A stretch of DNA of 64,000 nucleotides, taken from the NCBI GenBank assembly GCA_000004985.1, contig GG738862.1. One strand, 5' to 3'. Position 1 is the stretch's first letter; the number at the start of each line of letters is the position of its first letter. Below are positions 34,455 through 44,502 of the stretch, one piece after another. The notes beneath the pieces are model-generated. The model was not told the DNA's origin and searched no databases. It worked only from the letters and a program-made list of their open reading frames with translations. The DNA comes from Naegleria gruberi. Lineage: Eukaryota. A program made the translations under genes and the position numbers.

Positions 34455-34570
34455 GACACTCTATATTTGAGTGGTGGGATCATAAACTATATAGTACTAT
34501 TATTACAAAGATATCATTGATTGATGGATGAGGAAATTACTTGAATCATCGTATCAGTAAATACACCATC
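34455..34570. repeat. dispersed, non-coding repeat of about 120 bp (copy B)
   Basis: '...gagtggtgggatcataaactatat...attacaaagatatcattgattgatggatgaggaaattacttgaatcatcgtatcagtaaatacacc', a copy of the 32775-32895 element. Confidence 0.6.
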
Positions 34571-35824
34571 CCTCAATCTATTTTTCAGTTTTTCAGTCAT
34601 AGTCTTCATATTCAAAGAATGAGTAAAATAATCCTCTCTCCAATAAATTATATCAAGAAATTCAGAAGTGATGGATAATTTGGAATCTCCTTTAATATTG
34701 CTAGTTGTGTAGATGGGTGTCAGAATGAAAAACGAGTTACTAACCAAGTCATTCATTCGATAAATTGTTGAATTGTTGATAACTATGAAAAATTCTCTAC
34801 CCGAAGAATAAATTCTGCATGATTTGATAGTTTCAGGTTTCTTTCTTATTAGTTTCGTAATTTCAATCTTGTGATTTTTTGGGGAATAAATATGGAACTT
34901 GTCTAATTGAAATTCAATGTAAAAAACACATATTATTATGAGGAAACTTACTTGTTAATAGAGCTACTCCATTATATGTAGAAGCAATATCAATAACAAA
35001 TTCATTAGTATTTGAATCTGGTAGTGGAAACTCTTTCAACGAATCCCCAAATTCACTTCCACAACAAAAAACCTTTCCATCATTTGTAAGGGCCACAGTT
35101 TTATGATCTCCATTTACAACCTTTACAAAAAATGGTTTAATACTCTGCTGTTCATCTAAATTACATTCCATAATTCTTTTTTGAGAAAGGTTTGAGATTT
35201 GACTTGTTGATTGACCTGTTTCTCCAAATTTATTACATCCACTAGCCAATAGTCTTCCTTTGGATGTTAAATAAACAATAGTTGAAGATGCACATGAAAT
35301 AAATCTAACAAACTCATCCATTTCCAAACAATTTTCAAAATCCAAAATTTCATGCCAATCTCTAATGTCAAATGTTGGCGTAATTGATTTTTCAAATGAT
35401 AATTGATCAAATGATTCAGTTTCTCCACGATAAAGTTTAACATTCTCTCCAAAATAACCACTACCAGTATATATATATTGTATCCAAACACTTTCGTCTT
35501 ACATGTCACTCTATTCTGTACCAATAATAAGATATTACAATAGGAGGCACTAATTTCAATAATTGTTTCATTCCTCCGATCAGTAATAAATGGTAATTCT
35601 AATTTCCACCAAATTCCCTTCCTATACATGAATAATTCATCATCTTTGGTTACCACATAACAATAAAATAATCGGAAGAGAATAAACTTGATTGGTGCAA
35701 AACGACCAATAAAATCAGAATTTTCTATTTCACTCTTATTTCCACTCAAATTTATATCGGGATAGAATGAGACGAATCGATCGGATTTTTGTACAGTTTC
35801 AATTATTGTTGATGAATCAAACAA
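34514..35824 (-). CDS. RCC1-like repeat protein. The gene model is fragmented by unresolved introns and/or frameshifts.
   Basis: The ORF 34914-35345 contains RCC1-type blades ('LLASGCNKFGETGQ', 'VVNGDHKTVALTNDGKVFCCGSEFGDSL'). A GTAAGT donor follows '...ALLTS'. The flanking ORFs at 35267-35824 and 34514-34756 are probably additional exons. Confidence 0.4.
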
Positions 35825-36145
35825 GTAAAGGAAATTGACAGGTTGCTTGTGGAGCCATTTTTTTTTCTTCTTAGATTTTAATAATTTTAGAAATCAAAAA
35901 AGTAATGATAATATTTAATTGATGAAGATGTGTGGTTAGCAAGTTGCAGGCCAAAAAATTAAGTGAATCAAAATAGAATTAAGGTGACCACTTACGACTT
36001 TCTAAATGCAATTCGAGTAATTTTTACTTCTTTCGTTCTCGTTAATGTCATGATCTTACTATTTTACTAATTTACCTTCAAGAGCTTTCTTTTTTAGGAA
36101 GATATCATCGAGCTAATCAACTTGCGCAGCGCCACATGAAAAAAA

Positions 36146-37432
36146 ATGACTTTAAATCCATCGACGTCTACATTTGAATTATCAGTGAAGATTGAACCAC
36201 ACAATGCACCACTTCATCAATTCAACAATAACAATAACAACAATAAAGAAACAACAAATAATTACTTTTCGGAAAGAAAAAAACGAAAATACAAGATTAA
36301 TACGAAATGTGGAAGTATTGAATTTGACATTGAAAGAATATTAACTTTTCTAGTCATGTTTGTGGTTGTTGCTTCTCTTCTTGGTTTGGCTATAATGAGT
36401 GGATTTGGTTTCATTCGAAGTTATAAAGAATTAAGTGTTTACTATTATGGTGGTAAATCAACAGGTTATTCTATTGAATTATCAACATATATGAGAATAG
36501 TATTATCTTCTGATATAATAATTAATGACAGATGGCTTTTAAAAATCAATTCAACTTTTGAGAATTGGTTGTATGCTTCTGAATGGGCAATTTTTCATTC
36601 TTTCTATGTTGATTATTATGAAATTCAATTACCACAAATAGTTAAAGACATTCAGAAAGAATATGAACACTTGTACAATTCACTACTATTACAAAATATT
36701 AACAAGACAAGTCAATTTCAATATTTTCAAAATGAATTTGTGAAAAGTGTTGAAAGTTTCAATGTGGATTATCTTTTGAGTGCTTATAGATATAGTCTAG
36801 CTATTAATGAAAGAGAATCAAGTTATATTGTCATTACTTCTATAATTGGAACTATTGTTTGTGCCTTGATATTACTAATTATACTTCCAACTGGTTTTAT
36901 TGCTACTTTTGGAAGAAATAACAAATTATTGGAAAAATTACAAAAAGTCAATGCAAAGGAGGTTTTGAAAACTATAAATGATCCTTATTTGAACGATCCA
37001 TTTCGGAAATTCTGCAAAGAAAATCAAAAACTTAATTACTTTCTATTTTTGGAAAAATCATTACTATATTCAGAATATTGTGAAGAAATATTTAATTTAA
37101 ATTCAATTGAAAATTACTTGAATGATAGTAGTACCAATTCTATAGAAACTAGAATTGATGAATTTGAATCTAAAAAATGTGAAATTATCTTTGAAATCAA
37201 AACTGAATTTCTAAATTCGAAAGGTGAATATTTTCTTGGTGAAAAACAAATTGGCGGGAAGAAAGAAATTCAAAAAGTGAAATTGGAATTCAAATCCAAT
37301 CCAATGAATTTATCTGATAATTTATTAGATGAAATTGAATCGAATATTTCAATTTGTTTAATTTCAACACTCAAATCATTTCAATCAAATCTTAAAAATA
37401 AGAAATTCATCTCAACCAAGTCGTTACAATAA
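36146..37432 (+). CDS. receptor-like two-transmembrane protein with a C-terminal RGS-like domain (family member 3)
   Basis: Same architecture. The ectodomain carries 'DRWLLKINSTF', shared with members 2 and 4. The cytoplasmic tail has roughly 130-nt blocks that are near-identical to member 1 at the nucleotide level. Confidence 0.55.
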   Translation: MTLNPSTSTFELSVKIEPHNAPLHQFNNNNNNNKETTNNYFSERKKRKYKINTKCGSIEFDIERILTFLVMFVVVASLLGLAIMSGFGFIRSYKELSVYYYGGKSTGYSIELSTYMRIVLSSDIIINDRWLLKINSTFENWLYASEWAIFHSFYVDYYEIQLPQIVKDIQKEYEHLYNSLLLQNINKTSQFQYFQNEFVKSVESFNVDYLLSAYRYSLAINERESSYIVITSIIGTIVCALILLIILPTGFIATFGRNNKLLEKLQKVNAKEVLKTINDPYLNDPFRKFCKENQKLNYFLFLEKSLLYSEYCEEIFNLNSIENYLNDSSTNSIETRIDEFESKKCEIIFEIKTEFLNSKGEYFLGEKQIGGKKEIQKVKLEFKSNPMNLSDNLLDEIESNISICLISTLKSFQSNLKNKKFISTKSLQ

Positions 37433-37547
37433 ACAACATTTGTTTCAATTATTTAGTTGTAAGTATTGTCGACAGCGCTATCCATTTCCAGAATATTTTA
37501 AATTTCCGTTTTAGGAAGATATTCATCCGAAACCTGTCATAAAAAAA

Positions 37548-38831
37548 ATGTCCACACCAACAACAAGCTCTTCAACATTGGAGTTGTTAGAAGAGGATTC
37601 TTCTCCCTCTCGGAAACAACAAGATCAATTCAATAATAATAACAAAAACAACATTATTTTGCCATCATCAACATATAAACTTTCGAATAGAAAGAAACGA
37701 AAGTTTATCATTAATACTAAATGTGGCAGTATTGAAATGAGCATTGAACGAATATTAACATTCCTAATCATGTTCATTGCCATATTTTCACTTTTCATTC
37801 TTTCAATTATTACAATCTATGCATTCTTCTTGAAAAATTACAATGAACATTCAATTTACAAAACATCACATCAAACTATTCAACATTCGAATAGATTATC
37901 TACTTATTTTCATATCATTTTATCAACTAATATTACAATAGATGATAGATGGTTATTAAAAATTAATTCTACTTTTATGGAATTTAAAGAAAAAGCATTA
38001 TTTGGAGCACTTTATTATTTTGAAATTTCCAATAATGGAAATGAATATATTAGACCAATGGAAATTGTTAAAATTGAACAAGATTATAATTATTTATATG
38101 AATTATTAACTAAAAATAAGAAAGATTTGGAATTTTATAAAAATCAATTTATTTATGGAATTGAAAATTATGTACAAAATTATTTGGAAATTGCTTTGAA
38201 GAAAAGTGATAAAAATGATGAAATAGAAACTATTTTTATGTATTCTACTGCTATAATTGGAACTATAATATGTGGATTGACTTTATTAATTATTATTCCA
38301 ACTAGTTGTATTGCCTTAATTGGAAATAATAACAAAATTATGAAAAAATTACAAAAAGTGAATGCAAAAGAAGTTTTAAATTTTATTTCAGATTCTTATT
38401 TGAATATTTCCTTTAAAGAATATTGTAAAAATCATCAACAATTAAAATACTTTCTATTTTTGGAAAAATCATTACTATATTCAGAATATTGTGAAGAAAT
38501 ATTTAATTTAAATTCAATAGATAATTACATCACTAATTCCAATACTAACCTGAGTGAAATACAAATAGATAAATTTGAATCTAAAAAATGTGAAGTTGTC
38601 TTTGAAATTATTACAGAATTTCTAAATTCGAAAGGTGAATATTTTCTTGGTGAGAAACAAATTGGCGGGAAGAAATTAATTGAAAAAGTTAATAAGGAAT
38701 TCAAATACAATCCAATGAATTTATCTGAAAATTTATTTAATATTATTGAATCAAATATTTCAATTCATTTATTTCCAACACTTAAATTATTTAAATCTAA
38801 TAGAAAGACTATTCCTAATCTAACAAATTGA
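37548..38831 (+). CDS. receptor-like two-transmembrane protein with a C-terminal RGS-like domain (family member 4)
   Basis: Same architecture, with 'DDRWLLKINSTF' in the ectodomain and 'FKEYCKNHQQLKYFLFLEKSLLYSEYCEEIFNLNSI' in the tail. Confidence 0.55.
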   Translation: MSTPTTSSSTLELLEEDSSPSRKQQDQFNNNNKNNIILPSSTYKLSNRKKRKFIINTKCGSIEMSIERILTFLIMFIAIFSLFILSIITIYAFFLKNYNEHSIYKTSHQTIQHSNRLSTYFHIILSTNITIDDRWLLKINSTFMEFKEKALFGALYYFEISNNGNEYIRPMEIVKIEQDYNYLYELLTKNKKDLEFYKNQFIYGIENYVQNYLEIALKKSDKNDEIETIFMYSTAIIGTIICGLTLLIIIPTSCIALIGNNNKIMKKLQKVNAKEVLNFISDSYLNISFKEYCKNHQQLKYFLFLEKSLLYSEYCEEIFNLNSIDNYITNSNTNLSEIQIDKFESKKCEVVFEIITEFLNSKGEYFLGEKQIGGKKLIEKVNKEFKYNPMNLSENLFNIIESNISIHLFPTLKLFKSNRKTIPNLTN

Positions 38832-39186
38832 AAATATTAGTATTCTAATTAAGAAGACTCTTCTGAAGTTGATCACTAATTTAGTTTGATAGATCTTTAA
38901 TTTAACAATCAAATAGTATTTAGTCAACTCAATTACTCTTTAAGAATTTAAAATTCAACTATGAAAATTGAAAGTACATAATCATGATTACAATCCTCGT
39001 AGTTCGTAGTGTAAAACATTTTCAAGACACTTGTCTCTTTTATTCTTCAATTGTAACAACCATTAGCTATATAGAGATAGTTTCCATACCAAGGAAAAAT
39101 GACATGTTGACATTTGGTATCTTTTATAGACATTTGACCACCACATAAGCCAACAATCACGATTGCGATATCTTTCACTAAAAAAA

Positions 39187-40716
39187 ATGTCTCTTCAACA
39201 TGCTCTTCAACAACAAAGCAATTCAATTACCTTTGTTGAAATGGAGAATCTTCTCATCACCTTGAATATCGATAGTACAAATCAACTAGAACAACAAATA
39301 ACATCAACAATATTATCTTCCTTACCTTCTGCACATTTAAATAATTCAACTTCTATAACAACAACAACAGGTAGTTCACAACAGTTGTCAACTTTTAAAT
39401 ATTTTGATCAGAGTACAAGTAGTAGTACTTTGATAAAAATTATTGAGGAAGGAAATAATGATGGTGTTAATATTAATAAGAATATATCAATTCAACGAAA
39501 GAAGGAATTTATTATAAAAACTAAATGTGGTCAATTGGAATTGACATTTGACAGAATATTGGCATTTATTATCATGTTATTGGCAATTATAACATTATTA
39601 ATATTAGTAATATTATCTACTGGTACTATTTTCTTGCAAACTAATACAGAAAACAAAACTTTTAATAACTTTACAAAAGTTACAAAAAATTTAATAAGAT
39701 TGAATGCATATTATACTATTTTAATGGAAAGTAAATTAGATGAATTATTGATTGAGGAAATTAATGAAACAATGATTGATGTTAAAGTGGATTACAACAA
39801 GTTATTAATTGATATTCCTTATTATGGAAATACTGCTCAATATAGTAGGTCCAGAGTTGTTACAATTTTAAATAGAAATTTTAAATCTTTGGAGAGTAAT
39901 CATAATTATATTTATAATGAGATTATAGTAAATAATTATACAGATACTAAATTTTTCTATTCGAATTATCATCCTAGTTTAGTCAATTTCACACAAAGTT
40001 TAGACCTAGCTCTGATACTTGCTGATAAGGCTGCAAGTAATGAAGATGAATATATGAATATAAATGCAATCATTGATTTGTCTCTAGTTGGATTTGTATT
40101 GATAATCATAATTCCATCAATTGGTCTAATTTTAATCAAGTCAGCTGTCAATGACAACAAATTTATGGAAAAATTACAAAAAGCAGATGCAAGAATAGTG
40201 ATTGAAACAATTGCAGATCCTAGATATCAATCATATTTTAAAGAATTATGTAAAGAACATAATCAATTATCAAAATATCTATTTATGGAAAGAGTTCAAT
40301 TATTTAATGAAATATGTCAAAGAGTTTTCACATTACAAGATGAAATTGAAGAAGGAGTTAATCTAGAAATGAGTAAGAAAATGTTAATTGAAATTGATGA
40401 TTTAGAAGCAAAGAAATTTGAATTATCATTTGAATTAATTACAGAATATCTTGATTTAGGTAGTGATACCTTTTTAGGATTTAGATTAGTAGGTCGTAAA
40501 AGATCCATTGAGAAAATCAAAAAGATATTCGACACACAATCAATGAATTTGCCTGAAAATCTCTTCAAGAATATTCAATCAAATGTTTCATTGAATTTAC
40601 TTCCAATTTACAAATTATTTAAATCCAATCAACAACGAAAGAGAAATGAAAGAAAAATTAAAATTATTGCAAAACAACAAGACAAACATGAAATTATGAA
40701 AAATAAACAACAGTAA
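39187..40716 (+). CDS. receptor-like two-transmembrane protein with a divergent C-terminal RGS-like domain (family member 5). The likely start is the ATG at 39187.
   Basis: The sequence opens 'MSLQHALQQQSNSITFVEMENLL...', passes TM1, a roughly 190-aa ectodomain and TM2, then reads 'FKELCKEHNQLSKYLFMERVQLFNEICQRV...ELITEYLDLGSDTFLGF'. Only members 5 and 6 share the ectodomain motif 'YSNYHPSLVNFTQSLDLALILADKAASNEDEYMN'. I prefer the ATG in the AAAAAAAATGTC context over the upstream non-ATG ORF start at 39163. Confidence 0.5.
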   Translation: MSLQHALQQQSNSITFVEMENLLITLNIDSTNQLEQQITSTILSSLPSAHLNNSTSITTTTGSSQQLSTFKYFDQSTSSSTLIKIIEEGNNDGVNINKNISIQRKKEFIIKTKCGQLELTFDRILAFIIMLLAIITLLILVILSTGTIFLQTNTENKTFNNFTKVTKNLIRLNAYYTILMESKLDELLIEEINETMIDVKVDYNKLLIDIPYYGNTAQYSRSRVVTILNRNFKSLESNHNYIYNEIIVNNYTDTKFFYSNYHPSLVNFTQSLDLALILADKAASNEDEYMNINAIIDLSLVGFVLIIIIPSIGLILIKSAVNDNKFMEKLQKADARIVIETIADPRYQSYFKELCKEHNQLSKYLFMERVQLFNEICQRVFTLQDEIEEGVNLEMSKKMLIEIDDLEAKKFELSFELITEYLDLGSDTFLGFRLVGRKRSIEKIKKIFDTQSMNLPENLFKNIQSNVSLNLLPIYKLFKSNQQRKRNERKIKIIAKQQDKHEIMKNKQQ

Positions 40717-41045
40717 CTTTTCCATTATTCGACTTTTCACATTATTTCCTTTTTGAGCTCATGGTCAACTGGTTCTTTTATTAACAATTATTCCATTAAG
40801 AGAACAAATTATCAGCAATCACACAATAAGAATGTTACTTTACACAACTTACAATATCCACTAGAATCGGAATTAGAATCTTTTATTTATGCGATTCTTA
40901 TTTGAGCCAGCAAATCATTTTGGAATCTTTCACTTTACGAACTCTATTTTACCTTTTTAGATGTTTTTGGAATGTTAAACTACTATTTTCAATTTGCAAT
41001 ATTGACATCCATGAATCTTTCACACAGTCAATTAAACACAAAAAA

Positions 41046-42527
41046 ATGTCTCTTGACGAAACTGTTCGAAACAATGAAATTAATCTTGTTGAAATGGAGA
41101 ATGTTTTATATTCAATGAAGATTGATACTGAACAACAATTTTATGAATCAACTTCAACTCAACAAGATGCCTTCAATTCTTCATCTAATAATAATAACAA
41201 TATTGATAATACACAGTTGACTAGTAATAATAAACCTTTACAACAAACTAGTAATACAATAGTTAAAATTGAAGAAGGTCAACAAGAATATAACACTAGT
41301 GTAACAATACCACCTAAAATTCCAAAACAAGATCAACAATATATTATAAATACCAAATATGGACAATTACAATTATCATGTGATAGAATAATATCAGTAT
41401 TAATCATGTTATTAGCAATTATTACATTATTTATGATGGCATTTCTATCTGCATGTACTTTAATATTAGAAACTAATACTGAAAATAAAACATTTAATCA
41501 CACAACTCAATTATCAAAGAATTTAATAAGATTAAATACTTATTACAAAATTATTATGGAAAGTGAAATTGTAGAGTTGTTAGTTGAGGAAATTAATGAA
41601 ACAATGATTGATGTTACAAGTGATTATCATCTATTATTAAGAGATGTACCTTATACTGGTAACACTGATAAATATAGTAGGGCAAGTGTAATTACTAGAA
41701 TTGGAGATTATTTTAACATATTGGAAAGTAATCATTTTCATCTTTATAATCAAGTTATTGAAAATAATTATACAGATACTAAATTTTTCTATTCGAATTA
41801 TCATCCAAGCCTAGTCAATTTCACACAAAGTTTAGACCTAGCTCTGATACTTGCTGATAAAGCTGCAAGTAATGAAGACGAATATATGAATTTAAATGCA
41901 ATTATTGATCTTGTATTATCTGTATTTGTATTAATTATTATAATTCCATCAACTGCTATATTACTTATCAAGTCAGCTGTCAATGACAACAAGTTTTTAG
42001 AAAAATTAAAAAAAGCAGATGCAAGAGTAGTGATTGAAACAATTGCAGACATAAGATTACAGAATGAATTTAAAGAATTATGTAAAGAACATAATCAATT
42101 ATCAAAATATCTATTTATGGAAAGAGTTCAATCATTCAATGAAATATGTCAAAGAGTTTTCGCATTACAAGATGAAATTGAAGAAGGAGTTAATCTAGAA
42201 ATGAGTAAGAAAATGTTAATTGAAATCGATCAATTGGAATCTAAAAAATTTGAATTATCATTTGAATTAATTACAGAATATCTTGATTTAGGTAGTGATA
42301 CCTTTTTAGGATATCCTTTAATAGGTGGAAAGAAAGCAGCGGAGAAAATCAAAAAGATATTCGATACTCAATCTGTTCACTTACCTGAAAACTTGTTTAA
42401 AAATGTTCAATCAAATGTTTCTTTGAATTTACTTCCAATTTACAAATTATGTAAATCCAATCAACAACGAAAGAGAAATCAACGAATGAAATTAATGAAG
42501 AAACAACAATTAGCAACGACACAATAA
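41046..42527 (+). CDS. receptor-like two-transmembrane protein with a divergent C-terminal RGS-like domain (family member 6). The likely start is the ATG at 41046.
   Basis: A close paralog of member 5: 'MSLDETVRNNEINLVEMENVLYS...', with the same tail motifs. The ORF extends upstream to 40902, but AAAAAAATGTCTCTT at 41046 matches the start context of the other family members. Confidence 0.5.
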   Translation: MSLDETVRNNEINLVEMENVLYSMKIDTEQQFYESTSTQQDAFNSSSNNNNNIDNTQLTSNNKPLQQTSNTIVKIEEGQQEYNTSVTIPPKIPKQDQQYIINTKYGQLQLSCDRIISVLIMLLAIITLFMMAFLSACTLILETNTENKTFNHTTQLSKNLIRLNTYYKIIMESEIVELLVEEINETMIDVTSDYHLLLRDVPYTGNTDKYSRASVITRIGDYFNILESNHFHLYNQVIENNYTDTKFFYSNYHPSLVNFTQSLDLALILADKAASNEDEYMNLNAIIDLVLSVFVLIIIIPSTAILLIKSAVNDNKFLEKLKKADARVVIETIADIRLQNEFKELCKEHNQLSKYLFMERVQSFNEICQRVFALQDEIEEGVNLEMSKKMLIEIDQLESKKFELSFELITEYLDLGSDTFLGYPLIGGKKAAEKIKKIFDTQSVHLPENLFKNVQSNVSLNLLPIYKLCKSNQQRKRNQRMKLMKKQQLATTQ

Positions 42528-42744
42528 TAAACATGATCGATTCGTAGACCGTATTACAATCAACATGTTGTTAGTTGTAGGAAATAGAGACTCCATTTTC
42601 CGACTCAAAGTTTACAACAAACAACAAATTTCAGAGGTGGACATTGATGGACATTGAAGGACTTTGATAATTGTTTTAAAAGTGTGAAATGAGTGGATTC
42701 TTTTCAAGGAGTTTTAAAGAAAAAACAAACAACACTTCACACAA

Positions 42745-44181
42745 ATGGAGATTTTTGATATTTTCATAGCACTGATCGTTGCATTGGTTTTATTCATTTC
42801 CATTCGATTCTTTACCTCTCAAAAAGGAAAGAAGAATGAACCACCAAGAGTACCTAATTTCATACCTTATTTTGGATCATTTATTGGTTTTGCCAAGAAT
42901 CCAGTAAATTTCGTCATTGAAAATTCTAAAATATATGGAAACATATTCACTGCAACCATTTTAGGTAAAGAAATGACATTTATTAATCATCCAACATTAT
43001 TAGATACAGTATTCAAAGCAACAGATAATGAATTATCATTGAGAGATATTTACAAATTTATGAAACCTGTATTTGGTAATGGAGTTGTTTATGACGCCGA
43101 GTCAACTGAAAGAATGATGGAACAAGTTAAATTTGTTAGTTCTGGTTTAACAACTAGTCGTTTCAGAGTCTTTGTTGATATTATTGAAGATGAAGTTAAA
43201 CAAAGAGTTGAACAATTGGGAAATGAAGGAACTTTTAATTTACTTGACTTGTTAAGTGATTTGATAATTTTCACAGCATCACGTTGTCTATTAGGAGATC
43301 AAGTCAGAGAATATTTGAGTGAGAAACAATTAGGTAAATTATATCATGATATAGATGAGGGAATTAGTGCGTTATCATTCTTTTATCCTTCATTACCTGC
43401 TAATAGACGTGATGTTGCTAGAAAGGCAATTGGTGAAATATTTCAAGAATTATTGAATAAGAGAAGAGAAGAACATGTAAAGAATCCAGAACGTTTATTA
43501 GATGAATCTAAAATGGATATAGTTGATCATTTACTTTTACAAAAATATAAAGATGGTCAAGAATTAACAGATGAACATCGAATTGGAATTTTAATTGCTG
43601 GTTTATTTGCTGGTCAACATACTTCATCCATTACAAGTACTTGGACTTTATTGAATATCATTTCTAATAAGAGAATTGAACAACAATTTAGAAATGAACA
43701 ATTATTACTTGAAAAGGAAAAGATGAATTATGAAACTATTATGAAAATGGAATATTTAGAAGCATGTATGAAAGAAGCACTTAGAATGTATCCACCACTT
43801 ATTATGGTAATGAGAATGGCTAGAAAACCAAGACAATGTGAAGAATTCATAATTCCTAAAGGTAATATTATTGTAGTTTCACCTTCGGCTGCTGGTAGAT
43901 GTAAAGATGTTTATTCTAATCCAGACGAATTCAATCCTGAACGTTTTACTGAATTGAAAGAACATGAAAAGTTTAAATATGGTTCAATTCCGTTTGGTGC
44001 AGGACGTCACAAATGTATTGGTGAAAATTTTGCACTTTTACAAGTGAAAAGTGTAATTTCCATTCTATTGAGATATTATGATATGGAATATAGTGGTGAA
44101 ATGCCATCTCCTTCATATACTTCAATGGTTGTTGGTCCTGATAAACCAATTATTGTAAAATATAAAAGAAGATTACAATAA
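42745..44181 (+). CDS. CYP51: sterol 14-alpha demethylase, cytochrome P450 family 51 (CYP51)
   Basis: There is an N-terminal membrane anchor. The heme-binding loop is 'FGAGRHKCIGENFA'. CYP51-typical motifs are present: 'GQHTSSITSTWT' in helix I, 'YDAESTERMMEQVKFVSSGL' in the B' region and 'EALRMYPPLIMVMR'. Confidence 0.85.
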   Translation: MEIFDIFIALIVALVLFISIRFFTSQKGKKNEPPRVPNFIPYFGSFIGFAKNPVNFVIENSKIYGNIFTATILGKEMTFINHPTLLDTVFKATDNELSLRDIYKFMKPVFGNGVVYDAESTERMMEQVKFVSSGLTTSRFRVFVDIIEDEVKQRVEQLGNEGTFNLLDLLSDLIIFTASRCLLGDQVREYLSEKQLGKLYHDIDEGISALSFFYPSLPANRRDVARKAIGEIFQELLNKRREEHVKNPERLLDESKMDIVDHLLLQKYKDGQELTDEHRIGILIAGLFAGQHTSSITSTWTLLNIISNKRIEQQFRNEQLLLEKEKMNYETIMKMEYLEACMKEALRMYPPLIMVMRMARKPRQCEEFIIPKGNIIVVSPSAAGRCKDVYSNPDEFNPERFTELKEHEKFKYGSIPFGAGRHKCIGENFALLQVKSVISILLRYYDMEYSGEMPSPSYTSMVVGPDKPIIVKYKRRLQ

Positions 44182-44502
44182 AATATTTAATTTGTTAATT
44201 GACTATATTTAATCAGCTAATCTTCTACAGGACTAAAATGGACTCTAATAGAGAGAATCATCCTACATTTTTTTGATTGGATTGTTCAACTTCAAATGTC
44301 ATTTGTCCTGTCTCTTTACAAAACAAAAAATTTAGTTCTCTCGTGTTGAGTGGCAAATTCAACCACCATCAAACACAACAAACAAAAAAAAATAACAACA
44401 AAATGCCCATCAAAACAAACAACAATCAAAACAAACAAGACAAGATAGAGAAAAAAACTGCCAAATGTCCAGTTTGTTTATTCAACAATTTAACATGTCA
44501 CC

